Below, piece after piece: positions 1 through 12,180 of a DNA stretch of 64,000 bases. The number at the start of each line of letters is the position of its first letter. The stretch's first letter is position 1. The position numbers and the translations under genes are program-made. This DNA comes from Squalus acanthias (Eukaryota). The notes beneath the pieces are model-generated. The model did no database searches. It worked only from the letters and a program-made list of their open reading frames with translations, and was not told where the DNA came from. The stretch spans positions 94,116,001 to 94,180,000 of the forward strand of contig CM059433.1 in NCBI GenBank assembly GCA_030390025.1, in the 5' to 3' direction.

Positions 1-1907
1 TCTCGTGATCTTCTGCCATAACTTCGACTGGGAGATTGGCTGAACCCCAGAAGAAAAGGCCATTTTAAGTTATTTATGTAATTTCTATGGGGCTCCTCTG
101 ATCTCCCGCTGAAGTTACAGCAGGAGGTCAGGACAATCCCCGCTGTTCATATCCCTTAGACAAGAAACGTGCAAGAAGCAAAATATCAATAAACATTAAA
201 TTACTTATTAGTTTCACATAAAGAGTCAGATGCTGGTTGGTGGGGCAATAATGACTATCATTGCCATAATATTTATGCCTCTTAAAATACTGAAAAACAG
301 GTGGGAAAAGTGTGTAACACAAAACTGGGCTGGGGTTTCTTACTGATGGAATAATTTTGAAATCAGAGGCATCCCTACTCTTGAGCAGTGAATTTCTAAT
401 GTTCCTGTGCGGGGACCCCATGCAAGTACTGAAACATAGAGTCATAGAGTCATAGAATTATACAGCACTGAAAGAGGCCCTTCGGCCCATCGTGTCCCCG
501 CCGGACATCAAGCCCTGTCTATTCTAATCCCATTTTCCAGCACTTGGTCCATAGCCTTGTATGCTATGGCGTTTCAAGTGCTCATCTAAATGTTTCTTGA
601 ATGTTGAGGGTTCCTGCCTCTACCAACATTTCAGGCAGTGAGTTCCAGATTCCAACCACCCTCTGGGTGAAAAAGTTTTTCCTCAAATCCCCTCTAAACC
701 TCCTGCCCCTTATCTTGAAATTACGCCCCCTGGTTATTGACCCCCCAACTAAGGGGAAAAGTTCCTTTCTATCTACCCTATCTATGCCCCTCATAATTTT
801 GTACACCTCAATCAGGTCCCCCTCAGCCTTCTCTGCTCTAAGGAAAACAACCCCAGCCTGTCCAGTCTCTCTTCATAGCTGAAGTGCTCCAGCCCAGGTA
901 ATATCCTGGTGAATCTCCTCTGCACCCTCTCCAATGCAATCACATCCTTCCTATAGTGTGGCGACCAGAACTGCACACAGTATTCCAGCTGTGGCCTAAC
1001 TAACGTTTTGTACAGCTCCATCATAACCCCCCTGCTCTTATATTCTATGCCTCGGCTAATTAAGGCAAGTATCCCATATGCCTTCTTAACCACCTTATCT
1101 ACCTGTCCTGCTGCCTTCAGGGATCTATGTACATGCACACCAAGGTCCCTCTGATCCTCTGTCCTTCCTAGGGTCCTACCATTCATTGTGTATTCCCTTG
1201 CCTTGTTAGTCCTCCCAAAATGCATCACCTCACACTTTTCAGGGTTAAATTTCATTTGCCACTGTTCTGCCCATCTGACCAACCCATCTATATCGTCCTG
1301 TAGCCTGAGGCTTCCCGCCTCGCTATTTACCACTCCACCAATTTTTGTGTCATCTGCGAACTTACTGATCATACCTCCTACATTCATATCTAAATCATTA
1401 ATGTACACTACAAACAGCAAAGGACCGATCCCTGCGGTACACCACTGGACACAGGCTTCCAGTCACAAAAACAACCTTTGACCATCACCCTCTGCCTCCT
1501 GCCACTATGCCAATTTTGGATCCAGTGTGCCAAATTGCCCTGGATCCCATGGGCTCTTACCTTCTTGACCAGTCTCCCATGTGGGACTTTGTCAAAAGCC
1601 TTACTGAAATCCATGTAGACTACATCAACTGCACTACCCTCATCCACACACCTAGTCACCCCCTCGAAAAATTCAATCAAATTGGTTAGACATGATCTCC
1701 CCCTGACAAAGCCATGCTGACTATCCTTGATTAATCCTTGCCTCTCCAAGTGGAGACTAATTCTGTCCCTCAGAATTTTTTCCAATAATTTCCCTACCAC
1801 TGATGTTAGGCTCACTGGCCTGTAATTCCCTGGTTTATCCCTACTACCCTTCTTGAATAATGGTACTACGTTAGCTGTCCTCCAGTCCTCTGGCACTTCT
1901 CCTGTGG

Positions 1908-3032
1908 TCATGATGCGGAGATGCCGGTGTTGGACTGGGGTGGACAAAATTGAGAGGTCGCACAACACCAGGTTATAGTCCAAGGGGTAGAAATTAGGTC
2001 GCGCCCCATTTGGGGTGCAAATATCGTCTGGACGCAAATATTAGCACCTGGCGCTAATTATCGGCACTGACTGGAAACTTCACTTTTACCGCCCCGGGAG
2101 GTGAGTGGAGCGCTAAAGCAGGCGCTGCACACCTGTCTTAAGGCGCAAAGGCCAAGGAGTGAGGCGCTAACTCAGAGCGCTGGCGAAGCTCATGTAATGT
2201 CAGTCAGCAATGGAACACACACACAATGGCACGGGCCAGTTCTTAAAGGGGATGGTTAATCTTGCTTTCCATCCACATCCTGTTCATTGCAGCCTTGAAT
2301 CTCGGCCTGGAGAGACTTGCACATCAAATGTGCTGGAAAGAACAATGGAGAGTACCAGGCAAAGAGCTCAGAGTGCAGCTCCCACAGTCTCTGCTAAATC
2401 GATACAAGGAATGGCAAATCAAAATGACCTTGCAAAGTGCTGCTCAGTACCCAAAACTCCTTCACACAACGTTGAATCTCTCCAGAAGTCTCTCCCTCTC
2501 TCTCTCAGAATGCATAGTTCAAAAATGCCACCAACAATAAAAGACAGGAAGAGGCCCCCTTTAAATAGCGCCACCCCCAGCCCCACAGCGATTGATAGTG
2601 TTCCAGTCTTCTGGTCGTTGGATGCGGCAGGCGGTAAGGCAGGGGGCGCCACTCAATTTCCGCTCCGGGGCGCCACAAGGGCGTTGCACCATGGAATGAC
2701 GTCACAATCTGCGCGCGCAGGTGGTCGCAGCGGTAAGTTTTAGCGCCACCGCACAATCTCAAGTTAAGTTCTCGAGCGGCGCAAACATCGCTGCGCCCGG
2801 GCGTTAGCGGCTTTGCGCCCCATTAGCGCCCTCTTAAGGCGCTAACGGGAGGCGCAACCAACTGAATTTTTACCCCCAACAGTTTTATTTGAAATCACAA
2901 GCTTTCGGAGCTATCGATCGCCCCTTCCTCAGGTGAAGTAGTTCACCTGAGGAAGGGGCGATCGATAGCTCCGAAAGCTTGTGATTTCAAATAAAGCTGT
3001 TGGACTATAACCTGGTGTTGTGCGACCTCTCA
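1908..3032. mobile_element. Penelope-like element remnant (inverted pair of terminal repeats) inserted into the CR1
   Basis: 13-bp TSD acttctcctgtgg at 1895-1907 and 3033-3045. Near-perfect palindrome centred at ~2939. Termini (ctgttggactataacctggtgttgtgcgac) match the GIY-YIG element at 5049-5672. Confidence 0.82.
1984..2876. mobile_element. Non-autonomous PIF/Harbinger-like DNA transposon (MITE) inserted into the Penelope repeat
   Basis: Terminal inverted repeats ggggtagaaatt (1984) / aatttttacccc (2876), 3-bp TSD CAA (1981-1983, 2877-2879), GC-rich subterminal gcgcc/ggcgc repeats. Removing it restores gttatagtccaacagttttatttgaaatc. Confidence 0.75.
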
Positions 3033-5048
3033 AACTTCTCCTGTGGCCAGAGAGGTTCTGAAAATTTGTGTCCGAGCCCCTGCAATCTCCTCCCTTGCCT
3101 CACACAGCAGCCTGGGATACATCTCGCCTGGGCCTGGGGATTTATCCACTTTTAAGCCCGCTAAAACCGCTAGTACCTCCTCCCTCTCAATACTAATTTG
3201 TTCAAGTATATCATAATCCCCCTGCCTGATTTCTATGCCTACATCGTCCTTCTCCATAGTGTACACAGATGCAAAATATTCATTTAAAATCTCACCCACA
3301 TCTTCCGGCTCTACACACAGATTGCCACTTTGGTCCCTAATGGGCCCTACTCTTTCCCTGGTTATCCTCTTGCCCTTAATATACTTATAAAACACCTTGG
3401 GATTTTCCTTTATTTTGCCCGCCAGTGTTTTTTCATACTCCCTCTTCGCTCTCCTAATTTCTTTTTTAAGTACCCCCCTGCACTTTCTATACTCCTCTAA
3501 GGCTTCCACTGTTTTTAGTCTTTTGCATCTGCCAAAAGCCTCCCTTTTTTTCCTAATCCATTCTTGTATATCCCTTAACATCCAGGGTTCCCTGGGCTTG
3601 TTGGTCCCACCCTTGACCTTTACGGGAACATGTTGGCGTTGTACTCTCTCTATTTCCTTTCTGAAAGACTCACACTGCTCTGATGTGGATTTTCCTACAA
3701 GTAGCTGATCCCAGTCCACTTTGGCCAGATCCTGCCTTATCATATTAAAATCGGCCTTCCCCCAATTTAGAACCTTTATCTCCGGTCCATCTTTGTCCTT
3801 TTCCATGACTACCTTAAATCTCACCGAATTATGGTCACTGTCACCAAAATGCTCTCCTACTGACACTTCTACCACTTGCCCGGCTACATTCCCTAGAATT
3901 AGGTCCAGTACCGCCCCCTCTCGTGTAGGACTTTCTACATGCTGGCTCAAAAAGCACTCCTGGATGCACTTTAAGAATTCTGCACCCTCTAAGCCTTTCA
4001 CACTCTGACTATCCCAGTTAATATTGGGGAAGTTGAAATCTCCTACATTCCCGGAAAACCTCTGTCTTACCCTACAGAAGACAGTGTCAAACCGAAGGAA
4101 AATTATTTTATCGTTACGGGAAATATTCATTAGGAAATAGCAACAGAAATAATGTGCCAGTAAATCAATAAATACAGAAGTTCTTGAGATGCAGTTATCA
4201 ATATGTCTTAGGAGTGGAGGGTATTAGCCAGCCCCAAGCAGTCGAAAATCTAATGACTTAGTGGACCCCTGGGCTCCCTCACTGACTCCCAGGGATCTGT
4301 AGACTCCAGGTTAAAAATCTATGCTCTCCCTATTTGTAGAAACAGGTCATATTATATTTTAAATTGTGCAGAAGAACAGCTCTTAATACCAGAAAGTGCT
4401 GACATGGGACATGATCAGTTGAAAACCTGGATGGGGGGGGGTTTCTTGGGGGTTATGGCGAACAAGTGGGAGAACCACTGTGGAAATTTATACCCTAGGT
4501 ATTGATTGAGATTTGAATTAGACCCTCTTTTTTAACAATATTTATTTTTAATATACGTAACATTGAACTTTCACAAATGTGATCAGTCCCCTGAGCCATG
4601 TATTACACGATATTTGAATAAATATCTTTGTGATTTAATTACCACATATGTCTGTTTCTGTCTTTCTTGGTTGTGTTTTTAATTCTTTGTCTATTTTTAT
4701 CTGCCTCTACCCCTCAGCCTGTCTGTCAAAACTTCTCACAATGATGAAGGATATATGCCTGGAATTGTCCTGTGAGGAGTAATATTACCTCACATTCACA
4801 GCTCTCACTTATTTATGGTAAATAATGCAACTTGATATTGTCTATACAATATTAAACAGCCTTAATAGACTAAAATACCAAGGTCCTGAAAGTCAGCAGG
4901 GTTGTCCCAAACCCCCCACTGTAACTTGGGCAGGAAAACAGGATAGTGCCTACAGAAATGGCATAGAAGGCTGAAAATAATCATTTACACCATTCCTCCA
5001 GGGTTGCCAACAATTACCCGCCAAAGAGGGATAATGCACAATGGACAC

Positions 5049-5672
5049 TGCCAACTCGGCCAACGTTGTCTACCTGATACGTTGCAGTAAAGGATGCTCC
5101 AGAGCATGGTACATCGGCGAGACCATGCAGACACTGAGACAACGTATGAACGGACACCGCGCAACAATCGCCAGGCAGGAGGGTTGCCTCCCAGTCGGGG
5201 AACACTTCAGCAGCCAGGGGCATTCAGCCTCGGATCTGCGGGTAAGCGTTCTCCAAGGCGGCCTTCGGGATACACGACAGCGCAAAATCATAGAGCAGAA
5301 ACTGATAGCCAAGTTCCGCACTCATGAGGATGGCCTCAATCGCGATATCGGGTTCATGTCACGATACAGAACGTGACTTGACATCATGGCCGGTCTTTCC
5401 AGGTTTTGTTTTAAAAAGACTAATGGAGAGGATATGCAGCCAGCAGGTGTTTTGACACGTTGGACCCCCTGGGACACATCTCATTGTCTTGGCTGTGCTC
5501 TTAGTGTGTCTTTGATGTAGGGAAAGATTTGAATAGATTTTTTCTGTGTTTATATTGTGAATTCTGGGAGATTCTCTCACAGCTACCTTACCTGAAGAAG
5601 GAGCGAACAGCTCCGAAAGCTTGTAAAATTAAATAAATCTGTTGGACTATAACCTGGTGTTGTGCGACTTCT
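5049..5672 (+). mobile_element. Penelope-like retroelement 3' fragment (GIY-YIG endonuclease plus terminal repeat with hammerhead motif)
   Basis: ORF 5041-5376 NVVYLIRCSKGC..WYIGET.QTLRQRMNGHR...VGEHF...EQKLI..F.T...GLN is typical of PLE GIY-YIG. Hammerhead core at 5588-5626. Confidence 0.88.
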
Positions 5673-6041
5673 GATATAGAATATCATTGGTGACTTTGAT
5701 CATGGTGGTCTTGGTGCTATAGACTGGAGCAAATTGGACTAAAAGGATTCAAACAGGAAATAGTGGGAAAGGTGGGCACAAAGCTGGGTGGTTATGATGC
5801 ATTTGATAACCTTGAGAGGAAAGGAAGGTTAGAAGTAGGGTTGGAGTTAGAAAGGCCTTTTAAGGAGAAAAGTGGTGACAGTATTTTTGAAAGGGGAAAC
5901 GGTATCTTAGGAGAGGAGGGTATTAATAATATAAAAACAGACTTGAAAGACTTGCATTTATATAGCACCGTCCATAACCTCAGGATGTCCCAAAGTGCTT
6001 CACAGCCAATGAAGTACTTTTGAAGTGTAGTCACTGTTGTA

Positions 6042-6420
6042 CACAGTGTCAGCTGTGGCTCAGTTGGTAGCACACTCACCTCTGGGTCAGAAGCTTGTGG
6101 GTTCTAAGTCCCACTCCAGGGACTTGAGCACATAAAGCTAGGCTGACACTGCAGTATAGTATGAGGGAATGCTGCACTGTCGAAGGTGCTTTCTTTCAGA
6201 TGAGCTGTTGTACCAAGGTCCTGTATGTAAAAGATCCCATGGCACTATTCAAAGAAGAGCAGTGGAGTTCTCCCAACATCCTGCTCCCCAATCAACACCG
6301 CCAAAAAAAAAAATCTGGTCATTTATTTCATACCTGTTTGTTTATTGTGTGCAAATTGGCTGCTGCATTTCCCCACATGGCAAGTGACAACACTTCAAAA
6401 TGCTTCCTGGCTGCGAAGTA
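6042..6420 (+). mobile_element. DeuSINE copy 1 (tRNA head plus Deu core, 3' degenerate)
   Basis: A-box tggctcagttgg (6056), B-box-like gggttctaagtccc, core aaagatcccatggcactatt. Confidence 0.75.
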
Positions 6421-6869
6421 CTCGCACACTCGCCTCTGGGTCAGAAGGTTGTGGGTTCAAGTCCCACTCCAGGGACTTGAGCACATAAAGCTAGGCTGAC
6501 ACTGCAGTGCAGTGCCGAGGGAGTGCTGCACTGTCGGAGGTGCCGTCTTTCGGATGAGACGTTAAATTGAGGCCCCTTTGCTCTCTCAGGTGGACATGAA
6601 AGATCCCATGGCACTATTTCAAAGAAGAGAAGCGGGGTTCTCCCCAGTGTCCTGGCCAATATTTATCCCTCAACCAACATAACAAAAACAGATTATCTTG
6701 TCATGAGCATATTGCTGTTTGTGGGACCTTGCTGTACGCAAATTAACTGCCATGTTTCCCTACATTACAACAGTGACTCCACTTCAAAAAGTACTTCATT
6801 GGCTGTAAAGCGCTTTGAGACGTCTGGTGGTCGTGAAAGGCGCTATATAAATGCAAGTCTTTCTTTTTT
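6421..6869 (+). mobile_element. DeuSINE copy 2 (near full length)
   Basis: B-box gggttcaagtccc, Deu core gatgagacgttaaa...aaagatcccatggcactatttc, L2-type tail ...gaaaggcgctatataaatgcaagtctttc. Confidence 0.8.
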
Positions 6870-7489
6870 AATGTAGGAAACTCGGCAGCCAATTTGTGCA
6901 CAGCAAGCTCCTACAAACAACAAAGTGATAATGACCAGATAATCTGTTTTAGTAATGTTGATTGAGGGATAAATATTGGCACAACTCCCCTGCTCTTCTT
7001 CAAAATACTGCCATGGGATCTTTTACATTCATGTGAGAGAGTAGACAGGGTCTTGGCTTAACATTTCATCTGAAAGATGGCACCTCCGACAGTGCAGCAC
7101 TCCCTCACTACTACACTGGAGTGTCAGCCTAGATTTTGTGCTCAAGTCTCTGGAGTGGGACTATGAACCCACAAACTTCTGATTCAAAGGCAAGGGTGCT
7201 ACCCACTGAGCCACGGCTGACACTCCCATTCAGTAATCACTGGACCAAGAGAACACAGTTGAGTGGCAAGAGTTGGGTTGAAAGTAGGTTAAGGAAGCAG
7301 GTGGTGGGACTCATGGAGCAGATGAATTTGATGAGTTCTGTGGTGAAGTTAGGGGGAAAGTTGCAGAGTATTCTGGAGTTGGAGTTCTGGAAAGGGTTGG
7401 GGGAGGCAGTGGAGCAGAAGGAAGCTGAGGCAGCTGAATAAATAGTCTTAAATTGGGAGATAAAGAAATGCATGAGCTCCTTACATCTG

Positions 7490-8336
7490 GCTTCCACTGT
7501 GATGATTAAGTGAGTGGGCAAAACTGTGGCAGATGGAGTTTAATGTGGGAAAGTGTGAGGTCATCCACATTGGATCTAAGAAAGATCGATCAGAGTATTT
7601 TCTAAATGGTGAGAAGCTAGGAACTGTGGATGAGCAGAGAGATTTAGGGATCCAAATACAGAAATCACTAAAAGCCAGTGGACAGGTGCAAAAAAAACTT
7701 AAAAGGCTAACAGATTGTTGGCCTTTATCTCAAGAGGGCTGGAATACAAAGTGTTACAGCTGGACAGAGCTCTGGTTAGAACTCATCTGGAGCACTGCAT
7801 TCAGGTCTGGACACCACACCTCAAGAAGGATATATTGGCCTTGGAGGGGGTGCAGCGCAGATTCATTGGATGATACCGGGGCTAAAAGGGTTAAATTTAT
7901 GAGGGCAGGTTGCATAGACTAGACTTGTATTCCCTTGAGTATAGAAGATTAAGGGGTGATCTAATTGAGGTGTTTAAAATGATTAAAGGATTTGATAGGG
8001 TAGATAGAGAGAAACTATTTCCTCTGGTAGGAGAGTCCAGAACAAGGGGGCAAAACCTTAAAATTAAGGTTAGGCCATTCAGGGTGATGTCAGAATTCAC
8101 TTCTTCACACAAAGGGTAGTGAAAATCTGGAACTCTCGCCCCCAAAAAGTTGTTGAGGTTAGGTCAATTGAAAATTTTAAAATTGAGATTGATAGATTTT
8201 TGTTAAGCAAGGGTATTAAGGGTTACGGAACCAAGACGGGTAGATGGAATTAAGACGCAGATCAACTATGATCTAATTCCATGGTGGAACAGGATTGAGG
8301 GGCTGAATGACCTACTCCTGTTCCTATGTTCCCATG
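7490..8336 (+). mobile_element. CR1 LINE 3' fragment
   Basis: WQMEFNVGKCEVIHIG...QRDLG and LYSLE.RRLRGDLIEVFKMIKGFDRVD...RTRGQNLKI motifs; tail cctactcctgttcctatgttcc. Confidence 0.88.
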
Positions 8337-9139
8337 ATTAAGGGACTGAAAGTGGGAGATTTAAGGAGGTGATTAGTAATGGAAAAGAGATATTTGGGGT
8401 TGTCCTTACAATGGCAAAAGTAAATGGGAACTGCTCACCAACTTTTAGGAAAAGAGACCTCAATACACAATTGATGGAAAACAATTATATATTTAATTAA
8501 TCAATAAAACGATACTAAGTAAATGTTAGGGCATACTTTACATTGCTCAAGGATAGTAATAGTCTAATTGTCTAAGTCTACATCAAAGTAATAATCCAAG
8601 CAGTACTTCAGTAAAATGAAATTCGAAGGAGCTTTCAGAGTCAGTCCCACAGTGAAGTGGTACTTCAAGAAAGTACATTTAATCCTGCCAAATTGACTGT
8701 AAGCTAACTTAAAAGAACTCTTTCTGGGGATGGGGATGGCGAGTGAGTTGGTGATAAGTGTGGTGACCGCCCACCGGCAGAACACTGTGCTGGCAAGGTG
8801 TTCTGCATCTTTGGTGTCAATCTACTTTTTTTCTTCCACCAGTCTCCTGGGCCCCTGGAACCTGCTCCACTTTTTCAGTTTTTCATTCTTCCCATTCTAT
8901 TTACCTATCTCCCTTTAGCTAGTGACACACTCTCAGTGTCGCATATATGTCTTTTATTTCTTTAATTTTTCTCAGTATATCTCCTTTTGTCTCTGAGCAT
9001 ATCACTTCTGCTCTTTAACCATTTCCTGACCCCCACCGTAGCACTTTACCGACCATTCTATGTCTTTTCCTGTGTTTATGTGTGATTGTTGCGCTCTCCC
9101 CCATCCCCCTGCCTTTTTTCTGTTCCTTTTTAAATGCTG

Positions 9140-9281
9140 TTCATCTTTCAGTTCTGAGGAATGGTTTATACCTGAAATATCACATCAACAGATGCTACCT
9201 GACCTGCTGAGTGTCTCCAGCATTTTCTGCTTCTATTTTTTTGTTTCAGAATTTTTAGCATCTGTAATTTTTTGCTTTTTG
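9140..9281 (+). mobile_element. Degenerate Penelope-like terminal repeat (second family)
   Basis: ttctgaggaatgg..cctgaaa..acagatgctacctgacctgctgagtgtctccagcattttctg, homologous to 33726-33824 and 55177-55278. Confidence 0.6.
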
Positions 9282-10187
9282 TTCCAGAGGACTCGGAGAT
9301 TGGTTGCATTCCTGGTCTGCACAGAGAAGAGTGGATGGTTACAGATGGGCAAGGCCAATAAATCTACTGTTGAGTGACTTTTCATTTTATTAATTGTACT
9401 CAAGTTTGTTGAATACTGTGATACAAGAAAACAATGTCATCATGCAGCCACTGCAAGACAGATTGGACAGTGACAGCCACGTCTTCGCCTGTGCCCTCAA
9501 TCTATTCCTATCTCTTGCTATTTCTGGATGTTGGCATGGTTGAGATTCAGACTCCTGACACTCAGGCTAATGTGTCCTTCCTCTCTTGCAACTCACTTCT
9601 GGATGTCGTGCATGTTTTCTGGAATGGCCTGTGGTGGTTCCATGCATGGAGATGTCTTCTTACCTGTATGACATCTGGGTTTGCATGTGCTCCATGAATG
9701 CTAATTCTCTCAAATATTCTGATTCGTTCCCTCTATTTTGCTGAGTCATCTGAATCCTGTTACTCCTCCTCCTCAAACACTCAACTCGGCTTTCACCTGA
9801 AGAGACATCTGTTGATTACCATGGATAGGATTCATCTGTGAAGATATAAATGTTAAATTAGGAAATTATCTCTTTGCGCAGAACATCATGTAAAATGCAA
9901 GCATATTTTAAAAAGTATGTCTTTACATATTTACATAATACAGATACAAGAGGACAATTAATATTATAAACTATCAACATGCTACAAAATGCGAAACCTA
10001 TCCACATCAATTTAGCCTAAATTGATACATATGGTATATGTGTAATTGTCATTTTATAATAAATGTACTTATCAGAGGAGTGAATTGATAGGGGACCTCC
10101 TACTCCCTCGGAATTTGAAATTTGCTGTCCATCTCCATTTTGTCCAGTACTATTTTGTGATGCCATTCATACCTTTTATTTGTTCTC

Positions 10188-10945
10188 GAGATGTGGATCA
10201 TCCTGGCAAGCCTGCATTTATTGCCCATTCCTAGTTGCTATAAAAACGTGGTGTTGGGCCTGCTTTTGGTGATTGTGCTCCTATGATGGTATTAGGTAGG
10301 GAATTCTAGCATCTTGACCCAGTGGCGCGAAGCAATGGCAATATATGTCCAAGTCAAGATAATGTGTGACTTGGGGGGGAACTTGGAGCTGATGGTTTTC
10401 CCACAACATTGTCCTTCTCTGAGGTAGAGGTTGTGAGACTGGAACATGCTGTTGAAATAACCTTGGTGAGTTGCTGCATTGCATCCTGTAGATAGTACAT
10501 ACGACAACCACAGTGCATCAGTGATAGAGCGGGTGGGCATTGAGTCCAGCGGTAGGAATGACATTCAAGTGAACTGCTCAGTCCTGGATGGTGTCAAGCG
10601 ACTTGAATGTTGTTGTGGCTGCATCCATTCTTGCGACTGGTGAGTGTTCCATAACTTGAGCCTTGTAGATGGTGGAGAGGCTTTAAAGCTTCAGGAGGTG
10701 AGCCACTTATCACAGAGTACCTCAGCCTCTGCCCTGTTCTTGTAGGCATAAAAGTTACCTGCTACTTGGCAGCCCAGGCCTGAATGTTGTCCAGGTTCTG
10801 GTGTAGGCTGGCATGGGTTGCTTCAGTATTGAAGGAGTTATGAATGGAGCTGAACACTGTGGTATTGTCAGCAAACAGCCCACTCCTGGCTTTATGATGG
10901 AGGGAAGATCATTGATGAAGCAGCTTAAGATCATTGGGCTGAGGA
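10188..10945 (-). mobile_element. CR1-supergroup LINE 3' fragment (same family as 52210-52755)
   Basis: Reverse complement of the tail ctagggatgggcaataaatgc...cacatc; ORF remnant SCFINDLPSII (10755-11045). Confidence 0.65.
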
Positions 10946-10959
10946 TGCTCTGTCCCAAA

Positions 10960-12180
10960 GCAATTATTACACACCTCAAAAAGGTCCCCATGTTCACCTC
11001 TAGTATGCCCCAAGGCTCCATTCTTCCTCCTCTCCTATTCATCACTTACGTGCTAAGCTAACCCCCAGCAGCATCATCTCAAGCACAAGGTCAGCTATCC
11101 TATATATACATATGCCACACAAGTCTATCCCTCCACCTCCACCAACAGCTCCAAGGTTTTTGCTACAGGGACACATTTTACAATTTAACTACTGGCATAG
11201 AGCTTCTTGTGATGGGTTTACATATTAGGAATTTGTGCATGGAGGTCAGTGCACCCAATTTACAGTCTACACAATCTTCTGTCCATTCATTTCAAATCAT
11301 GATAAGCCTTCCTGTTGCAGAAAGCTCTGCACCAAGAATGCTAAATTGTAAATTTTCCCCACGCTTTCTGACTGTCTGTTTGACATCAACTCCTGGCTGA
11401 GACAAAATTTATTTCAGTTCAGTGTAAGAAAAACTGACTCCATCCCTCCCAGCTCTTGGTAGCACCCATATGTTTCTCTGGCCATGAATCCACCAATTTA
11501 GCCGAAATCCACAGTTGCACAATCTTAAATTCCTGTTTAAACTTAAGCTTAGCTTCTCATTCCCAGATCTGACCTGTTGTCAAGATTGTTTTCTTCCACC
11601 TACAGAACATTGTCCACTTACACACCTATCTGTCCTCCACTGCTACTGAAATCTTAATCAGTACCTCAAACACCTTCAGGACTGACTTCTTCCATACTCA
11701 CCTTACTGGCATGTCCACCTCTACCATACACAAACTTCAGCCGATTAGAAGTCTCTGGCCCACATCCTCTCACAGACACACCCATCACCCATTTTTGACA
11801 AGCTCCACTGGTTCCCTGGCCTCCAGTGAATTGACTTAAAGATCCTCGGCTTCTTTTTCAAATTCCTGTGTTCCCCATTTAAGTGATTTTCTCCAACCGT
11901 AAATGCAGCATGCACCCTCCACGCCTCTGATACCCAATTATTGCCTATGCCATCTGGTGCGCCATTGGAGACCAATCTTTCAGTTACCATGCTTCTGCCT
12001 TCTGGAATTCTTTTCAAGATGACACTTTACTATCTCCATCCCTATCCTCCTCTTTGGCTATTCCTTCAGCCTACCTGAATTCTCCTCTGTTTCCAGCTCA
12101 GTGACTACCTTGCCACCCTGCTAAGTACTGGGACAATTGATCCTGTATGAGGAATAGTGCATACATAGAAGTTGTTGAAT
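10960..12180 (+). mobile_element. Old L2 LINE fragments
   Basis: PQGSILPPLLFI motif at ~11005-11045; decayed L2 C-terminal region (catcacccatttttgacaagctccactggttccc) at ~11780-11820. Confidence 0.55.
11168..11360. mobile_element. Small Harbinger-like MITE inside the L2
   Basis: Imperfect terminal inverted repeats gggacacattttacaatttaac / gctaaattgtaaattttcccc; flanking triplets aca/acg. Confidence 0.4.

Larger units (their letters stand above)
436..4047 (-). mobile_element. 5'-truncated CR1 LINE (ORF2 endonuclease end, tether and reverse transcriptase), interrupted at 1908-3032
   Basis: ORF pieces GDFNFPNINW...GDSDHNSVRF (3030-4130), DWRTANVVPLFKKG...YRPVSLTS...YMDFSKAFDKVPH...SGVPQGSVL (1408-1907), KFADDTK...LEYCVQFWSP (812-1420) and 582-806. 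The 3' tail repeat (catagagt)n is at 436-458. Frameshifted. Confidence 0.93.
5936..7225 (-). mobile_element. tRNA-derived DeuSINE (SacSINE1/AmnSINE-like), minus strand, interrupted at 6042-6869
   Basis: 3' tail at 5936-6041 (gacttgcatttatatagc...gtcactgttgta) resumes at 6871 (atgtaggaaactcggcagccaatttg...) and ends in a tRNA-like head at ~7160-7222 (reverse complement of tggctcagtgggtagcac). Confidence 0.75.
5673..7470 (-). mobile_element. Old L2 LINE RT fragment, split by the SINE cluster at 5936-7225
   Basis: Degenerate translations SMSPTTCFLNLLSTQLL (~7260-7310) and SNSNPTSNLPFLSRL (~5810-5855) resemble L2 ORF2 motifs PTTCxLDPIPTxLL and NYRPISNLPFLSK. Confidence 0.55.

Noticed and set aside
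2210-2743. 177-aa ORF inside the MITE as a possible transposase
   Set aside because: No DDE or Myb/SANT motifs recognisable; the element is too short to be autonomous
6042-6130. tRNA gene
   Set aside because: The A/B boxes belong to SINE heads followed by the Deu core; there is no complete cloverleaf
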